Shown piece after piece: positions 35,688-47,310 of a stretch of DNA of 64,000 nt (positions within the stretch are counted from its first letter, which is position 1; each line of letters starts with the position of its first letter). The stretch is from Aestuariivirga sp. (GTDB taxonomy: Bacteria; Pseudomonadota; Alphaproteobacteria; Rhizobiales; Aestuariivirgaceae), in contig JAUXUN010000084.1 of the NCBI GenBank assembly GCA_030680855.1, positions 54,079 to 118,078 of the forward strand, given 5' to 3'. Made by a program: the position numbers and the translations under genes. The notes beneath the pieces are model-generated. The model was not told the DNA's origin and searched no databases. It saw only the letters and a list, made by a program, of their open reading frames with translations.

Positions 35688-36494
35688 ATGACCCGCAAGA
35701 GACCTACCGTAGCCGATGTCCGCGCAATGAAAGGCAAGCATCAATACACGATGCTGCGGGTTGAAAGCATGGAGGAGGCGGAAGCCGCAGAGCAGGCCGG
35801 CATCGACATGGCTTCGGTTTCTCCGGAACTGATCTGCAATCCACAGTTTCGCGACGCGGCGCCCGGACTTTTTGCAGTTCCGGGCCTGGATTATTTTGAG
35901 GTGGGCACCGCCGATGATTTCGTCCGCTGGGCCTTTCGCATGGTCAAGGCCAGCGCCGATGCCATTTACTGCAGCGCCAGCCTGCAAACCGTGCAGCGGC
36001 TCAGCGAGGAAGCCATTCCGGTTATTGGCCATGTGGGATTGGTTCCCTCAAAGCGCACGTGGACCGGCGGCTTCAAGGCAGTTGGCAAAACCGCCCGCAG
36101 CGCCATGCAGATTTTCGACGCGGTCAAGGCGTATGAACGTGCCGGGGCCTTTGGCGCGGAGATTGAAGTTGTGCCCAGCGAAGTTGCAAGCGAAATTTCC
36201 AAACGCACCACGCTGTTCATGGTCTCCATGGGGGCGGGAACAGGCTGCGATGCGCAATATCTTTTTGCCGAGGATGTGCTTGGCGGCCACACGGGCCATT
36301 ATCCCCGGCATGCGAAGCGCTACCGCGATTTCGTGGCGGAGAATGCCCGCCTGCAAAGGGAACGCGTTGCGGCATTTGCGGAATTTTCCCGGGATGTGAA
36401 GACAGGCGCCTATCCGGAGCCGCGCCATGAAGTGGCAATTGCAAAGAGCGAGATGCAGGGCTTCAGGAAAATGCTCTCATCGGTGCGCTCCTGA
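35688..36494 (+). CDS. PanB-like ketopantoate hydroxymethyltransferase family protein (divergent paralogue)
   Basis: IPVIGHVGLVP, GGFKAVGK, AGAFGAEIEVVP, GAG.GCDAQ; the canonical N-terminal T.YD...LVGDS motif is not evident. Confidence 0.78.
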   Translation: MTRKRPTVADVRAMKGKHQYTMLRVESMEEAEAAEQAGIDMASVSPELICNPQFRDAAPGLFAVPGLDYFEVGTADDFVRWAFRMVKASADAIYCSASLQTVQRLSEEAIPVIGHVGLVPSKRTWTGGFKAVGKTARSAMQIFDAVKAYERAGAFGAEIEVVPSEVASEISKRTTLFMVSMGAGTGCDAQYLFAEDVLGGHTGHYPRHAKRYRDFVAENARLQRERVAAFAEFSRDVKTGAYPEPRHEVAIAKSEMQGFRKMLSSVRS

Positions 36495-36616
36495 CATTTA
36501 AAATTTTAGCTAATTTTTTCATGCCGCATTTACCCTCTCCATGCGGCGTAATTATTTTGAAAGACTGCGCTGCCATGTTCGGGCAATACACCAAGACATC
36601 ATGACAGGCAGTGCAT

Positions 36617-38488
36617 ATGAGTGACCGCGACAGCGATGCGATAGATCAGCGCGAGAAGGGCGTGCTTGAAGAAATCAACCGCCTGGCGCGCCCTTCAATG
36701 CCGCATACGGTGCAGAACATTCTGTGGGCCGCGGGCCTTGCCGGGCTTTTCCTGTCAGTTTCCATTCTTTTCCGCGAGCAGGACCTCAGGCTCAAGGAGT
36801 TGCTGGGCTACCTTGCCATTGCCGCACTTGCGCTCACCCTCGGCGCCCTGTTTGTCACAGCAGCGCGGCGGCGCGCCACGGACCGCAGGATCATGGCGCT
36901 TACGACGACAATCGCCGCCCTGCAGCAGGCCCGGGCCCAGGCGGAGACGTCAAACCGCGCCAAGTCAAGATTCCTTGCGACGATGAGCCATGAAATACGC
37001 ACCCCAATGAACGGCATTCTCGGCATGATCGGGCTCCTGCGTGAAACCGAACTGACGGCTGAGCAGGCAAGCTATGCGCAGGCTGCCGATGCTTCGGGCC
37101 GAACGCTCATGTCCATCATCGATGAAATTCTTGATACTTCAAAAATTGAATCGGGCCGGCTTGACCTGGAGCGCAGCCCGTTTGACCTTTCCACGCTCGC
37201 CGAAAGCGTGACCGAACTTCTGGCGCCGCGGGCTCACGCGAAAGGAATTGAAATCTCCTGCCGGGTCACCGGCAATGTTCCCGCCGTTATCATTGGCGAC
37301 GAGACCCGGACCCGGCAAATCCTGTTCAACATCTGCGGCAACGCAATCAAGTTTACCGAGCAGGGCGGCGTGGCGCTGTTCATTGACTACGACAGCAAGG
37401 CCAAAGCACTGACACTTGATGTTACCGACACGGGCATTGGACTGTCGCCAGGCGAGATTACCCATATCTTCAATGAATATGCGCAGGCCAACAGCAATAC
37501 GACGCGGCGTTTTGGCGGTACGGGACTGGGGCTTTCGATCAGCAAAAAACTCGTTGAGGGAATGGGCGGCAGGATTGCCGTGTCGAGCAAGACGGGGCGC
37601 GGTTCAAAATTCTCGATTATCCTTCCCTATGCCAAGGACGATGACGGCGAACTGAAGGCAAAGCCGCTTCTCGCCAGAAACTATGAACTTGCGGCGCCTG
37701 CTGGCCCCATCCGGCAGCACCTAGAGGCCCTCCTGGTGGAACTAGGGGCGTCGGTGCGCATCATCGCAAGCGCCCAGGAGGTTCGGGAGGCGCTTTCGCC
37801 TAAGAGCGGCGACCGGTCGGCAATTCTGATATGCGACTCGTCCTTTGCGACCGAACTTCGCAAGTGGGCGCAGCAGAACAGGAAACCCGGCGATTCCAAG
37901 CAGGTATGGGTGCTGATGCAGGCTGAGCAGCGCCGTGCCTTGCGCGAGTTTTTAGTGCAGCCTTTCGCCGGCTACCTGCTGAAGCCGTTCCGGAAAGTGA
38001 CCGTAGCACGGCAACTGATGTCGCGTGATGCGCAGATGATAAGCGGTGCCGTCAAGGAACTCCGCCAACTCGTCAAGAGGTCCAAGCCGGAACGGCCGCT
38101 CAATGTGATTCTGGCGGAAGATAATCCGGTAAACGCCCTGTTGGCCAAGACCATGCTGGAAAAGGCGGGCCACGCGGTTCATCATGTCACCTCGGGCTTG
38201 CAGCTGCTTTCGCTGCTGGGCAGCAAGAAAAAATTTGACCTGGCGGTCATGGATGTTGAGATGCCGGAACTGGACGGGCTGGAGACAACCCGGCGGGTCC
38301 GCGCCATGGAACGGAAATCAGGCTCAGGCTCGCATCTGCCCATTCTGGCGCTCACGGCCAACGCGCGGCCGGAAAACTACCTGGAATGCATGGCGGCAGG
38401 CATGGACGGGCATCTGTCCAAGCCCTTTGACCGGCAGGACATGGATGAGGCGGTAACCAAGATATTGAGCCTAAGATCCGCCGCCTGA
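36617..38488 (+). CDS. Membrane-bound hybrid histidine kinase/response regulator
   Basis: Two TM segments, H-box [13 protein letters not shown] boxes, a degenerate receiver, then a C-terminal receiver (AEDN, MDVEMP, KP). Confidence 0.92.
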   Translation: MSDRDSDAIDQREKGVLEEINRLARPSMPHTVQNILWAAGLAGLFLSVSILFREQDLRLKELLGYLAIAALALTLGALFVTAARRRATDRRIMALTTTIAALQQARAQAETSNRAKSRFLATMSHEIRTPMNGILGMIGLLRETELTAEQASYAQAADASGRTLMSIIDEILDTSKIESGRLDLERSPFDLSTLAESVTELLAPRAHAKGIEISCRVTGNVPAVIIGDETRTRQILFNICGNAIKFTEQGGVALFIDYDSKAKALTLDVTDTGIGLSPGEITHIFNEYAQANSNTTRRFGGTGLGLSISKKLVEGMGGRIAVSSKTGRGSKFSIILPYAKDDDGELKAKPLLARNYELAAPAGPIRQHLEALLVELGASVRIIASAQEVREALSPKSGDRSAILICDSSFATELRKWAQQNRKPGDSKQVWVLMQAEQRRALREFLVQPFAGYLLKPFRKVTVARQLMSRDAQMISGAVKELRQLVKRSKPERPLNVILAEDNPVNALLAKTMLEKAGHAVHHVTSGLQLLSLLGSKKKFDLAVMDVEMPELDGLETTRRVRAMERKSGSGSHLPILALTANARPENYLECMAAGMDGHLSKPFDRQDMDEAVTKILSLRSAA

Positions 38489-38537
38489 CCCTGTCACCAA
38501 ACTTTCATAATACTCCTGATTATGGCAGTTTGCCGCA

Positions 38538-39395
38538 ATGACACCGGAGCCGCCATTGGACCGCCTTTCGCCTGTGCAGGAATCCCTGGGAACACGCAAT
38601 GACCTGTGCGTTCGCCTGGCGCGCGGCGCGCGGGAAGTTGCGACGGCGCAGGAATTGCGGTTCAACGTATTCTATGAAGAACTGAAGGCAAATCCGGACG
38701 CCGCCTCGTTGCAATCGCGCCGGGATGCGGACCGGTTCGACGCGTTCTGTGACCATCTGATTGTCGTTCGCCGGACGGCAAAAGATGAAGTGGGGCAGTT
38801 CGGTGTTGACGACGGCAAGATGGTTGGCACCTACCGCCTGCTGCGCCAATCGGTGGCCGAGCAGAATGGCGGATTTTACACCCAAAGCGAATTCGACATC
38901 GCGCCACTTCTCGTGGCAAAGCCCGCATTGAAGTTTCTGGAGCTTGGAAGGTCCTGTGTCCTGAAGCAATACCGGACAAAGCCGGTGGTTGAGCTCCTTT
39001 GGCAGGGCATTTGGAACTATGTGAGGCATCATGGACTGGACGTCATGCTGGGCTGTGCCAGCCTTGAGGGAACCGATCACGGCGTTCACGCCCCGACCTT
39101 AAACTTCCTGGCGCAAAACTGCGCGGCTCCCCCGGAGTGGCGGGTGCGTGCGGTGCCCGAGCGATACGTTGAGATGAGATCAAATTCCGAGGCTGTCATC
39201 GATGCCAAGGCCGCGCTGAAGGCTTTGCCGCCCCTGATCAAGGGCTATCTGCGCCTGGGCTGCTACATCGGGGATGGGGCGGTGATCGACCGGCAGTTCA
39301 ACACCACCGATGTGCTCATTATCCTGCCGGTTTCAAATATCAATCCGCGCTACTTCGCGCACTTTGGCCAGCCCAACGAAACCATCACCGGTTGA
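38538..39395 (+). CDS. olsB: Ornithine lipid N-acyltransferase (OlsB-like GNAT)
   Basis: [42 protein letters not shown] motifs. Confidence 0.75.
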   Translation: MTPEPPLDRLSPVQESLGTRNDLCVRLARGAREVATAQELRFNVFYEELKANPDAASLQSRRDADRFDAFCDHLIVVRRTAKDEVGQFGVDDGKMVGTYRLLRQSVAEQNGGFYTQSEFDIAPLLVAKPALKFLELGRSCVLKQYRTKPVVELLWQGIWNYVRHHGLDVMLGCASLEGTDHGVHAPTLNFLAQNCAAPPEWRVRAVPERYVEMRSNSEAVIDAKAALKALPPLIKGYLRLGCYIGDGAVIDRQFNTTDVLIILPVSNINPRYFAHFGQPNETITG

Positions 39396-41664
39396 TATCG
39401 AAAGCGGCGATTGCTGCCAGGTTGACGATGTCCGTTGTGGTTGCCGACATGGAGGCAATCTGCACTGGCTTTGCCAACCCGGTGAGCAAAGGCCCCACAA
39501 CCGTGATGCCGCCAAGCTGCTGAAGCATCTTGGTTGAAATCGAAGCCGAATGGGCCGCCGGCATCACCAGAACGTTTGCCGGTGCGGTCAGGCGGCAAAA
39601 CGGATAGAGCGCCATGGCATCACGCGACAGCGCAACGTCGGCGGCCATCTCACCGTCATACTCAAAATCAACATTGCGCTTGTCAAGGACGGTCACGGCG
39701 TTTCTCACATACTCAGCGCGGTCGCCGCGGGGATAGCCAAAGGTGGAATAGGACAGGAAGGCCACGCGCGGCTCATAGCCGAAGCGCCGGGCCACGCCAG
39801 CGGCCTCCTGTGCGATATCGGCGAGCTCTTCGGCGGTCGGCAATTCATGAATAGACGTATCGGCAATGAATACCGTCCGTCCACGCACGAGCGCCATCGA
39901 CACGCCGATGGGGCGGTGCCCCGGGCGGTTGTCAATGGCGTGGCGCACGTTGTCGAGGGCCACGGAAAAATTCCGCGTGAGGCCGGTGACGAGCGCATCG
40001 GCATCGCCAAGGGCCACCATGCAGGAGGCGAATACGTTGCGGTCCTGGTTTACGAAGCGCTGGCAATCGCGAAACAGGAAGCCGTTACGCTGCAGGCGTT
40101 CGTAGAGGAAATTGGCATAGTCGACGTTTCTGTCGGTCAACCTGGCATTGAGAATTTTAACATCCTCGTGCAACTCCAGACCGCTTGCGACGAGGGTTTT
40201 TTCAATCTCGGCCTCGCGGCCAATGAGGATGGCGTTGCCCAATCCCGCTGTTGCGTAAGTGTTGGCGGCGCGGATCATCCGGTCCTCTTCGCCTTCGGCG
40301 AAGACAACCCGCTTGGGCTTGGATCTCACCTGGTCATAAACTGTCTGAAGGGTGCCGGCGATGGGATCAAGCCTGGCGGAGAGTTGCGCAGTGTATTCAT
40401 CGATGTCGGCGAGGTGCTTGCGCGCCACGCCCGAATCCATGGCGGCTCTGGCCACGGCAACCGGAATTCTTGAGATAAGCCGCGGGTCGAATGGAACCGG
40501 AATCAGGTATTGCGGGCCAAAGGCAAGGCGCGAGCCATGGTAGGCGGCGGCCACCTCATCGGGAACATCCTCGCGCGCAAGGCTTGCAAGGGCCTGGGCG
40601 GCGGCGATCTTCATTTCCTCGTTGATGGTGCGGGCACGCACATCAAGGGCGCCCCGGAATATGTAGGGGAAGCCCAAGACATTGTTCACCTGGTTGGGAT
40701 AATCGGAACGGCCGGTCGCCATGATGGCGTCCGATCTGATCTTGGCCACTTCTTCGGGCAAGATTTCCGGATCGGGATTTGCCATGGCAAAGATGATCGG
40801 ATTCTTGGCCATGCTCTTGACCATCGCCGGGGTCAGGGCGCCGGCAACCGAGAGGCCGAAAAACACGTCAGCCCCATCCACGGCATCGGCCAGGCTGCGG
40901 GCCTTGGTGGCCGTTGCATGGGCGGATTTCCACTGGTTCATGCCTTCAGTACGACCTTGGTAAACCACGCCTTTCGAATCTGCCAGGATCACGTTTCCAG
41001 CCGGAACGCCCATGGACTTTATCAGTTCGACGCAGGCGATGGCCGCTGCACCCGCGCCATTGCAGACAAGCTTGAAATCCTTGATGTCGCGCTTGGTGAT
41101 GTGGAGCGCATTGATCAGCGCCGCCGTGGCAATGATGGCCGTTCCATGCTGGTCGTCGTGGAACACCGGAATATCCATGATCTCACGCAGGCGCTGCTCG
41201 ATCATGAAGCATTCAGGGGCTTTTATGTCTTCGAGATTTATGCCGCCAAAAGAGGGGCCGAGGTAGCGCACAGCGCCGATGAACTCATCGACATCCTTGG
41301 TGTCAACCTCAAGATCAATGGAATCAACATCGGCAAAGCGCTTGAAGAGGACGGCCTTGCCTTCCATGACCGGTTTCGAAGCGAGTGCCCCCAGGTCGCC
41401 CAGGCCCAGAATGGCGGTGCCATTGGTGATGACGGCGACGAGATTGCCCTTGGCCGTATAATCATAGGCGGCGTCAGGGTTCTCAGCGATGGCGCGCACC
41501 GGAACCGCAACACCCGGACTATAGGCCAGCGACAAATCGCGCTGGGTGGCCATGGGCTTTGTTGGATTGATCTCAATCTTGCCGGGCTTTCCCATACTAT
41601 GAAATTCAAGGGCTTCTTCATCGGTAATGGACGGCTTCCGGCTGGCTTTTCTATCGCTGCTCAT
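39385..41664 (-). CDS. maeB: Malic enzyme with C-terminal phosphotransacetylase-like domain
   Basis: [39 protein letters not shown] motifs. Confidence 0.95.
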   Translation of the reverse strand: MSSDRKASRKPSITDEEALEFHSMGKPGKIEINPTKPMATQRDLSLAYSPGVAVPVRAIAENPDAAYDYTAKGNLVAVITNGTAILGLGDLGALASKPVMEGKAVLFKRFADVDSIDLEVDTKDVDEFIGAVRYLGPSFGGINLEDIKAPECFMIEQRLREIMDIPVFHDDQHGTAIIATAALINALHITKRDIKDFKLVCNGAGAAAIACVELIKSMGVPAGNVILADSKGVVYQGRTEGMNQWKSAHATATKARSLADAVDGADVFFGLSVAGALTPAMVKSMAKNPIIFAMANPDPEILPEEVAKIRSDAIMATGRSDYPNQVNNVLGFPYIFRGALDVRARTINEEMKIAAAQALASLAREDVPDEVAAAYHGSRLAFGPQYLIPVPFDPRLISRIPVAVARAAMDSGVARKHLADIDEYTAQLSARLDPIAGTLQTVYDQVRSKPKRVVFAEGEEDRMIRAANTYATAGLGNAILIGREAEIEKTLVASGLELHEDVKILNARLTDRNVDYANFLYERLQRNGFLFRDCQRFVNQDRNVFASCMVALGDADALVTGLTRNFSVALDNVRHAIDNRPGHRPIGVSMALVRGRTVFIADTSIHELPTAEELADIAQEAAGVARRFGYEPRVAFLSYSTFGYPRGDRAEYVRNAVTVLDKRNVDFEYDGEMAADVALSRDAMALYPFCRLTAPANVLVMPAAHSASISTKMLQQLGGITVVGPLLTGLAKPVQIASMSATTTDIVNLAAIAAFDINR

Positions 41665-41792
41665 TGACACTCATTTCATGCTTACCCTGCTGCGGGGCGA
41701 GACTAGAGGGAGCGCTGGCAATGCTCAAGCCTCTAAATTTCAGCAAATATAGGGGGTGACAGTCTTGCCCCGGTATCTGTTATAAAACCGCC

Positions 41793-44498
41793 ATGAACGA
41801 AATGGCGACTTTGACAGGAACAACCGCGGCGGCAGACCGCCCAACACCGATGATGGCACAGTTCCTCGAAATCAAGGCCGCCCATCCCGGCTTCCTGCTG
41901 TTTTACCGCATGGGCGACTTTTATGAAATGTTCTTCGACGACGCGGAAACGGCATCGCGGGCCCTGGGGATTGCGCTCACCAAGCGCGGCAAGCATCTGG
42001 GCGCGGATATTCCCATGTGCGGCGTGCCTGTCCATGCGGCGGAGCAATATTTGCAGAAGCTAATCCGCCTCGAACACCGGGTGGCCGTCTGCGAGCAGAT
42101 GGAGGATCCGCAGGAGGCAAAGAGGCGCGGCGGAAAATCAGTTGTCCGCAGAAGCGTCATAAGGCTTGTCACGCCGGGCACGCTCACCGAGGATACGCTG
42201 CTTGAATCGCGAACGAGCAATTATGTTGCAGCCCTTGCCGTCACCCGGGGCACGCAGGAGATGGCGCTTTCCTGGGCCGAGATTTCTTCCGGCGAATTTT
42301 CCGTCTTGCTTACGGATCACAAGCGGCTGGCGGCGGAACTGGCGCGGCTGGAACCGCGCGAGATTGTGTTCAGCGAAGGCCTGCGGAGCGATAAAGCAAT
42401 CGAAGGAATTCTGGAAGCAAGCGGCATTCCGTTGAGTCCGCAGCCCGCCTCGCGTTTTGACAGCACTGCTGCCGATAAGCGCCTTCGGGAACATTTCAGT
42501 GTATTGGCTTTTGACGGATTCGGGGCCTTCTCACGCGCGGAGATCGCCAGTCTCGGGGGCCTTCTTGACTATATTCTGCTGACGCAGGTCGGAAAAATTC
42601 CCCATCTTCGCATTCCCCGCAAGGAAGAGGGGCAAGCGGGCCTCCAAATCGATGCCGCAACACGGGCGAACCTCGAACTCACCCGCAAGCTCTCGGGTGA
42701 AAGAGATGGAAGCCTTCTTTCGGTCATCGACTTCACCGTGACGGCAGCAGGGGCGCGGTTGCTCGCAAACCGGCTTGGGCAACCCCTTAGTCAAGTCGCT
42801 GCGATCGAAGCGCGGCTCGACGAGGTCAGCCACTTTGAAGCCATGCCGGAGCTCAAGGATAATTTGCGGCGCCGGCTCGAATCGATGCCGGACCTTGAGC
42901 GCGCCCTGGGACGGCTGACACTTGGCCGCGGCGGCCCGCGCGACCTGGCGGCCATCCGCGATGGCTTGAAATGCGCCGAAGCCATCGGCGATCTGCTGGA
43001 TATCAACAATCCGCTGAACCAGCTTCCGGAAAATCTTGCGGCGGCAAGAAGCATCATCAAGAATCTGCCGCATCATCTGGTGCAGCGCCTTGATGAAGGG
43101 CTTTCCGACAGCCTTCCCATGCTGGCACGGGACGGCAATTTCGTCAGGCGGGGCTTTAGCCCGGACCTCGACACTGCCCGCGCCTTGCGCGACGATACGC
43201 GACAGGTCATTGCCGACTTGCAATTGCGTTATTCCGAAACCGCTGGCATCAAGAACCTGAAAATCCGCCACAACAACATGATTGGCTATTTCATCGAAGT
43301 GGCCACGCCGAACGCTGCGACATTGAGCGATGAAAAATTCGAGGCTCAATTCATCCACCGCCAAACGATCGCCAATACCACCCGGTTCACCACGCTTGAG
43401 CTTTCGCAGCTCGAACAGCGCATTGCTTCGGCGGCCGAACGGGCGCTCGCCATTGAACTTGAAGCGTTCAACGGCTTTGTCGAAAGCGCCGGGGCTAAAA
43501 GAGAAAACATTTCAAATATCGCCGCGGCTCTTGCGGCACTCGATGTGGCCTCGTCGCTATGCGAACTGGCCCAGAGCAGCCGCTATGTGCGTCCCGTTGT
43601 CGATCACTCGCGGAGCTTCAAAATCGATGGTGGCCGGCACCCGGTGGTGGAACAGGTTCTGCAGAAACGCGGCGAAAGTGCTTTCATCGCCAATGACTGT
43701 GACCTCTCGGCCCAGAACCACCGGCTTTGGCTGCTGACCGGCCCCAATATGGCTGGTAAATCCACGTTTCTGCGGCAAAACGCCCTCATCGCGATTCTGG
43801 CCCAAATGGGCTCCTATGTGCCCGCCGGAAGCGCCCATATCGGCGTTGTCGACCGCCTTTTCAGCCGCGTGGGGGCCGCCGATGACCTGGCGCGGGGGCG
43901 CTCGACGTTCATGGTTGAAATGGTGGAAACTGCGGCAATCCTCAATCAGGCAACGGAGAACTCTCTGGTTATCCTGGACGAAATTGGCCGCGGAACCTCG
44001 ACCTTTGACGGGTTGTCCATTGCCTGGGCTACGGTTGAGCATCTGCATGAAAGCAACCGCTGCCGCGCCTTGTTTGCCACGCACTACCACGAATTGACGA
44101 CCCTTGCGGCACGGCTTGATGGCCTTCATAACGCCACCGTCAAGGTACGGGAATGGAAGGGCGATGTGATATTTCTCCATGAGGTCACAAGCGGGGTGGC
44201 GGACCGGTCCTATGGCATTCAGGTTGCAAAACTGGCGGGATTGCCGCAGGCGGTGACGGAACGCGCCGCAACCATCCTCTCGCAACTGGAAAGAAGTGAA
44301 CAAGCGTTCAAACGCAAGACGCTTGTCGATGATTTGCCGCTGTTTTCCGCCTTGCAAACATCATCCAGCGCGCCTTCACAACCCAAGAACGACGAAATCC
44401 GCGAGATGCTGGAGTCCGCCAGGCCGGACGAGTTGAGTCCGCGCGATGCACTGGCATTCCTCTATGCCCTGAAGGCGAAAGCAGCCGAAGCGCAATGA
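41793..44498 (+). CDS. mutS: DNA mismatch repair protein MutS
   Basis: TPMMAQF, YRMGDFYEMF, TGPNMAGKST, STFMVEM, DEIGRGT, SYGIQVA motifs. Confidence 0.98.
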   Translation: MNEMATLTGTTAAADRPTPMMAQFLEIKAAHPGFLLFYRMGDFYEMFFDDAETASRALGIALTKRGKHLGADIPMCGVPVHAAEQYLQKLIRLEHRVAVCEQMEDPQEAKRRGGKSVVRRSVIRLVTPGTLTEDTLLESRTSNYVAALAVTRGTQEMALSWAEISSGEFSVLLTDHKRLAAELARLEPREIVFSEGLRSDKAIEGILEASGIPLSPQPASRFDSTAADKRLREHFSVLAFDGFGAFSRAEIASLGGLLDYILLTQVGKIPHLRIPRKEEGQAGLQIDAATRANLELTRKLSGERDGSLLSVIDFTVTAAGARLLANRLGQPLSQVAAIEARLDEVSHFEAMPELKDNLRRRLESMPDLERALGRLTLGRGGPRDLAAIRDGLKCAEAIGDLLDINNPLNQLPENLAAARSIIKNLPHHLVQRLDEGLSDSLPMLARDGNFVRRGFSPDLDTARALRDDTRQVIADLQLRYSETAGIKNLKIRHNNMIGYFIEVATPNAATLSDEKFEAQFIHRQTIANTTRFTTLELSQLEQRIASAAERALAIELEAFNGFVESAGAKRENISNIAAALAALDVASSLCELAQSSRYVRPVVDHSRSFKIDGGRHPVVEQVLQKRGESAFIANDCDLSAQNHRLWLLTGPNMAGKSTFLRQNALIAILAQMGSYVPAGSAHIGVVDRLFSRVGAADDLARGRSTFMVEMVETAAILNQATENSLVILDEIGRGTSTFDGLSIAWATVEHLHESNRCRALFATHYHELTTLAARLDGLHNATVKVREWKGDVIFLHEVTSGVADRSYGIQVAKLAGLPQAVTERAATILSQLERSEQAFKRKTLVDDLPLFSALQTSSSAPSQPKNDEIREMLESARPDELSPRDALAFLYALKAKAAEAQ

Positions 44499-47272
44499 AA
44501 TCCAATACCATTCAACTTCCGGAGCGGCTGATTGACACTACGGCGCTGCGCGCGACGCTGGACCGGCTTGTCGCCGCGCCGCCTTTCGACGTCGTAAAAA
44601 TCCGCCCGGTGATTGTTGATGTCCTCAAGGCAGTTATGAAATCGGCAAGGACTGAGGCGGAGAACCGGCTTTGCAATGACGGCAAGGGCACGCAGTGCGC
44701 AAAAAACCTCGCCTATGTCCAGGATGAGATCATCCGTACGCTCTATGAATTTTCCAGGGAGAAAATCCATCCGCGTGCAAACCCGAGCGAGCTGCAGGAA
44801 GTTGCCATCATTGCCACGGGTGGTTATGGCCGCGGCACGCTGGCTCCCGGCTCCGACATTGACCTCCTGTTCCTGCTGCCCGGAAAACAGGACGAAACAA
44901 GCGGGCGGCTGATTGAATTCATTCTCTATACGCTTTGGGACATGCGCCTGAAGGTCGGCCACGCGACACGCAGCACGGAGGAATGCATCCGGCTGGCCAA
45001 GACCGACAACACCATCCTCACTTCCATTCTCGAGGCGCGCTTCATTTGCGGCAATGAAAGGCTCAGCAAGAGCATGCAGTTTCATTTCCGCCGAGACATT
45101 GTGCAGGCCGGCGCCCGGAAATTCGTGGCCGACAAGCTTGCCGAGCGCGATGTTCGCCTGGCCAAGAGCGGCGAAAGCCGTTACCTGGTTGAGCCCGACC
45201 TGAAGGACAGCAAGGGGGGCCTCCGCGATCTTCACACGCTGTTCTGGATCGCGAAGTTTCTCTACGACACAAATTCCCCTGAAGAGCTTGCCGACAAGGG
45301 CGCGTTTACCCACGAGGAGCTGTCGCGATTCCAGAAGTGCGAAGACTTTCTCTGGGCGGTTCGTTGCCACTTGCATTTCATTTCGGGCCGCGGCGAGGAC
45401 CGCTTGAGTTTTGACCGCCAGTCGGAGCTTGCGAGCCGTCTTGGCTACCAGTCCCATGCAGGACTGAAAAATGTCGAACGCTTCATGAAGCATTATTTTC
45501 TGATCGCCAAGGAAGTGGGCGATCTCACGCGGATTTTCTGCGCGAGCCTGGAAGCAAAACAGGTGAAGGACATTCCGGTGTTGAGCCGCGTCATGGGGCG
45601 GTTCAGGCCGAAACCTGTGGTCAAGATTCCGGAAAACAAGAATTTCCAGATTGAAAGCGGCCGCCTGACGTTGGTCAAGCCAACTGTATTCCGCGATGAC
45701 CCGGTGAACCTCCTGCGTCTGTTTTCAGTGGCCAGCACCTATAGCGCCGAGATTCACCCCGATGCCCTCAAGACGGTCCGGAAGTCGCTTTCCCTGATCG
45801 ACAAGGAGCTTTGCAACAATCCGGAAGCCAACGCCCTGTTTCTGGACATGCTGATCAACAGCGACTCGTCGGAAACGCTGCTGCGCATGATGAATGAAGC
45901 GGGCGTTCTCGGCCGTTTCATTCCGGAATTCGGCAAGGTCGTGGCGATGACGCAGTTCAACATGTATCATCATTTTACGGTGGATGAGCATCTCATTCGC
46001 GCGGTCGGTATCCTGGCTGCACTTGAGAAAGGGCGGCTGTCGGAGGAACATCCGCTTGCGGTGGTCCTTTTTCCAACACTCAAGAGCCGCCGCTCGCTCT
46101 ATGTGGCAACTCTTCTGCATGACATTGCCAAGGGCCGAGAAGAGGATCATTCCATCGCCGGGGAACGCATCGCGCGGGCGCTTGGCCCGCGCTTTGGCCT
46201 TACGCCGGAAGAAACGGAAACAGCGGCCTGGCTTGTGCGCCATCATCTGCTGATGAGCGAGACGGCCCAGATGCGCGATCTCAACGATTTCAAGACCATC
46301 CTGGATTTCACCGCTGTCGTGCAAAGCCCGGAAAGGCTGAAGCTTTTGCTGATCCTGACGGTCGTTGACATCCGCGCGGTCGGGCCCGGCGTGTGGAACG
46401 GCTGGAAAGGCCAGCTTCTGCGCAACCTCTATGCGGAAGCGGAACCAGTGCTTACCGGAGGCCATACGGGGAGCTCACGCCAGGAAAGGATCAAAGAAGC
46501 GCAAGCCGCTTTTCTGGCGCATTTTCCGAATTGGACGGAAAGCCAGATCAGGACCGCCACATCGCGCCACTATGATGCCTATTGGCTGAATGTCAGCCTC
46601 GAGAAGCAAATCGCCCACCAGGCGCTGATCGACAGGTCGTCGCCCCGGGACATTGTGACGGAGGTTCATACGGACGCGTTTACGGCCATCACGGAGCTGA
46701 CAATCTACGCGCCGGACCATCCGCGCCTGCTGGCTTTGATAACGGGCGCCTGCGCCGCGGCGAATGCCAACATCATGGGGGCCCAGATCTTCACGACCAC
46801 GGATGGAATGGCGCTGGACACAATCCTCATCCAGAGGGAATTCTCCACCGAGGATGATGAGACACGCCGGGCCGAGCGGGTCACCGAAATCATCCGTCTG
46901 GCCTTGCAGGGAAAGCTGCGGTTGAAGGACGCGGTTGCCAGCGCCACCCAGCAGCGGTCGCGCCTCAAGGCCTTCTCGGTAGCTCCCCGCGTTATCATTG
47001 ACAATCAATCGTCGAACCGTTTCACGGTGATCGAGATCAACGGGCTCGACCGGATCGGGCTGCTTTACAAGCTCACCGAAGCGCTGTTTCACCTGAGCCT
47101 GAATATTGCCTCGGCCCACATCACCACCTTTGGCGAAAAGGCCATTGACGTTTTCTACGTCACAGACCTCATTGGTGACAAGATTCTCAACCCGGCGCGG
47201 CATGCGCAAATTGAGCGGGAGCTGATGAAGGTCCTGGCGCCCATTCCGGAAAGGCTTGCAAACTCCGCATGA
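44495..47272 (+). CDS. glnD: Uridylyltransferase/uridylyl-removing enzyme GlnD
   Basis: GGYGRG.LAPGSDIDL, GGLRD, HD domain (LLHDIAKG), two C-terminal ACT domains. Confidence 0.97.
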   Translation: MKSNTIQLPERLIDTTALRATLDRLVAAPPFDVVKIRPVIVDVLKAVMKSARTEAENRLCNDGKGTQCAKNLAYVQDEIIRTLYEFSREKIHPRANPSELQEVAIIATGGYGRGTLAPGSDIDLLFLLPGKQDETSGRLIEFILYTLWDMRLKVGHATRSTEECIRLAKTDNTILTSILEARFICGNERLSKSMQFHFRRDIVQAGARKFVADKLAERDVRLAKSGESRYLVEPDLKDSKGGLRDLHTLFWIAKFLYDTNSPEELADKGAFTHEELSRFQKCEDFLWAVRCHLHFISGRGEDRLSFDRQSELASRLGYQSHAGLKNVERFMKHYFLIAKEVGDLTRIFCASLEAKQVKDIPVLSRVMGRFRPKPVVKIPENKNFQIESGRLTLVKPTVFRDDPVNLLRLFSVASTYSAEIHPDALKTVRKSLSLIDKELCNNPEANALFLDMLINSDSSETLLRMMNEAGVLGRFIPEFGKVVAMTQFNMYHHFTVDEHLIRAVGILAALEKGRLSEEHPLAVVLFPTLKSRRSLYVATLLHDIAKGREEDHSIAGERIARALGPRFGLTPEETETAAWLVRHHLLMSETAQMRDLNDFKTILDFTAVVQSPERLKLLLILTVVDIRAVGPGVWNGWKGQLLRNLYAEAEPVLTGGHTGSSRQERIKEAQAAFLAHFPNWTESQIRTATSRHYDAYWLNVSLEKQIAHQALIDRSSPRDIVTEVHTDAFTAITELTIYAPDHPRLLALITGACAAANANIMGAQIFTTTDGMALDTILIQREFSTEDDETRRAERVTEIIRLALQGKLRLKDAVASATQQRSRLKAFSVAPRVIIDNQSSNRFTVIEINGLDRIGLLYKLTEALFHLSLNIASAHITTFGEKAIDVFYVTDLIGDKILNPARHAQIERELMKVLAPIPERLANSA

Positions 47273-47310
47273 ATCAGAGGAAGGAAGGGCCTGAACTTGG
47301 GTATTGAGAC

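Noticed and set aside
36495-36610. CtrA box in the AT-rich stretch upstream of the hybrid kinase
   Set aside because: Only one TTAA half-site; the second half at N7 spacing is too degenerate.
39385-41664. Malic enzyme-phosphotransacetylase fusion as a novelty
   Set aside because: Standard MaeB/DME/TME architecture.
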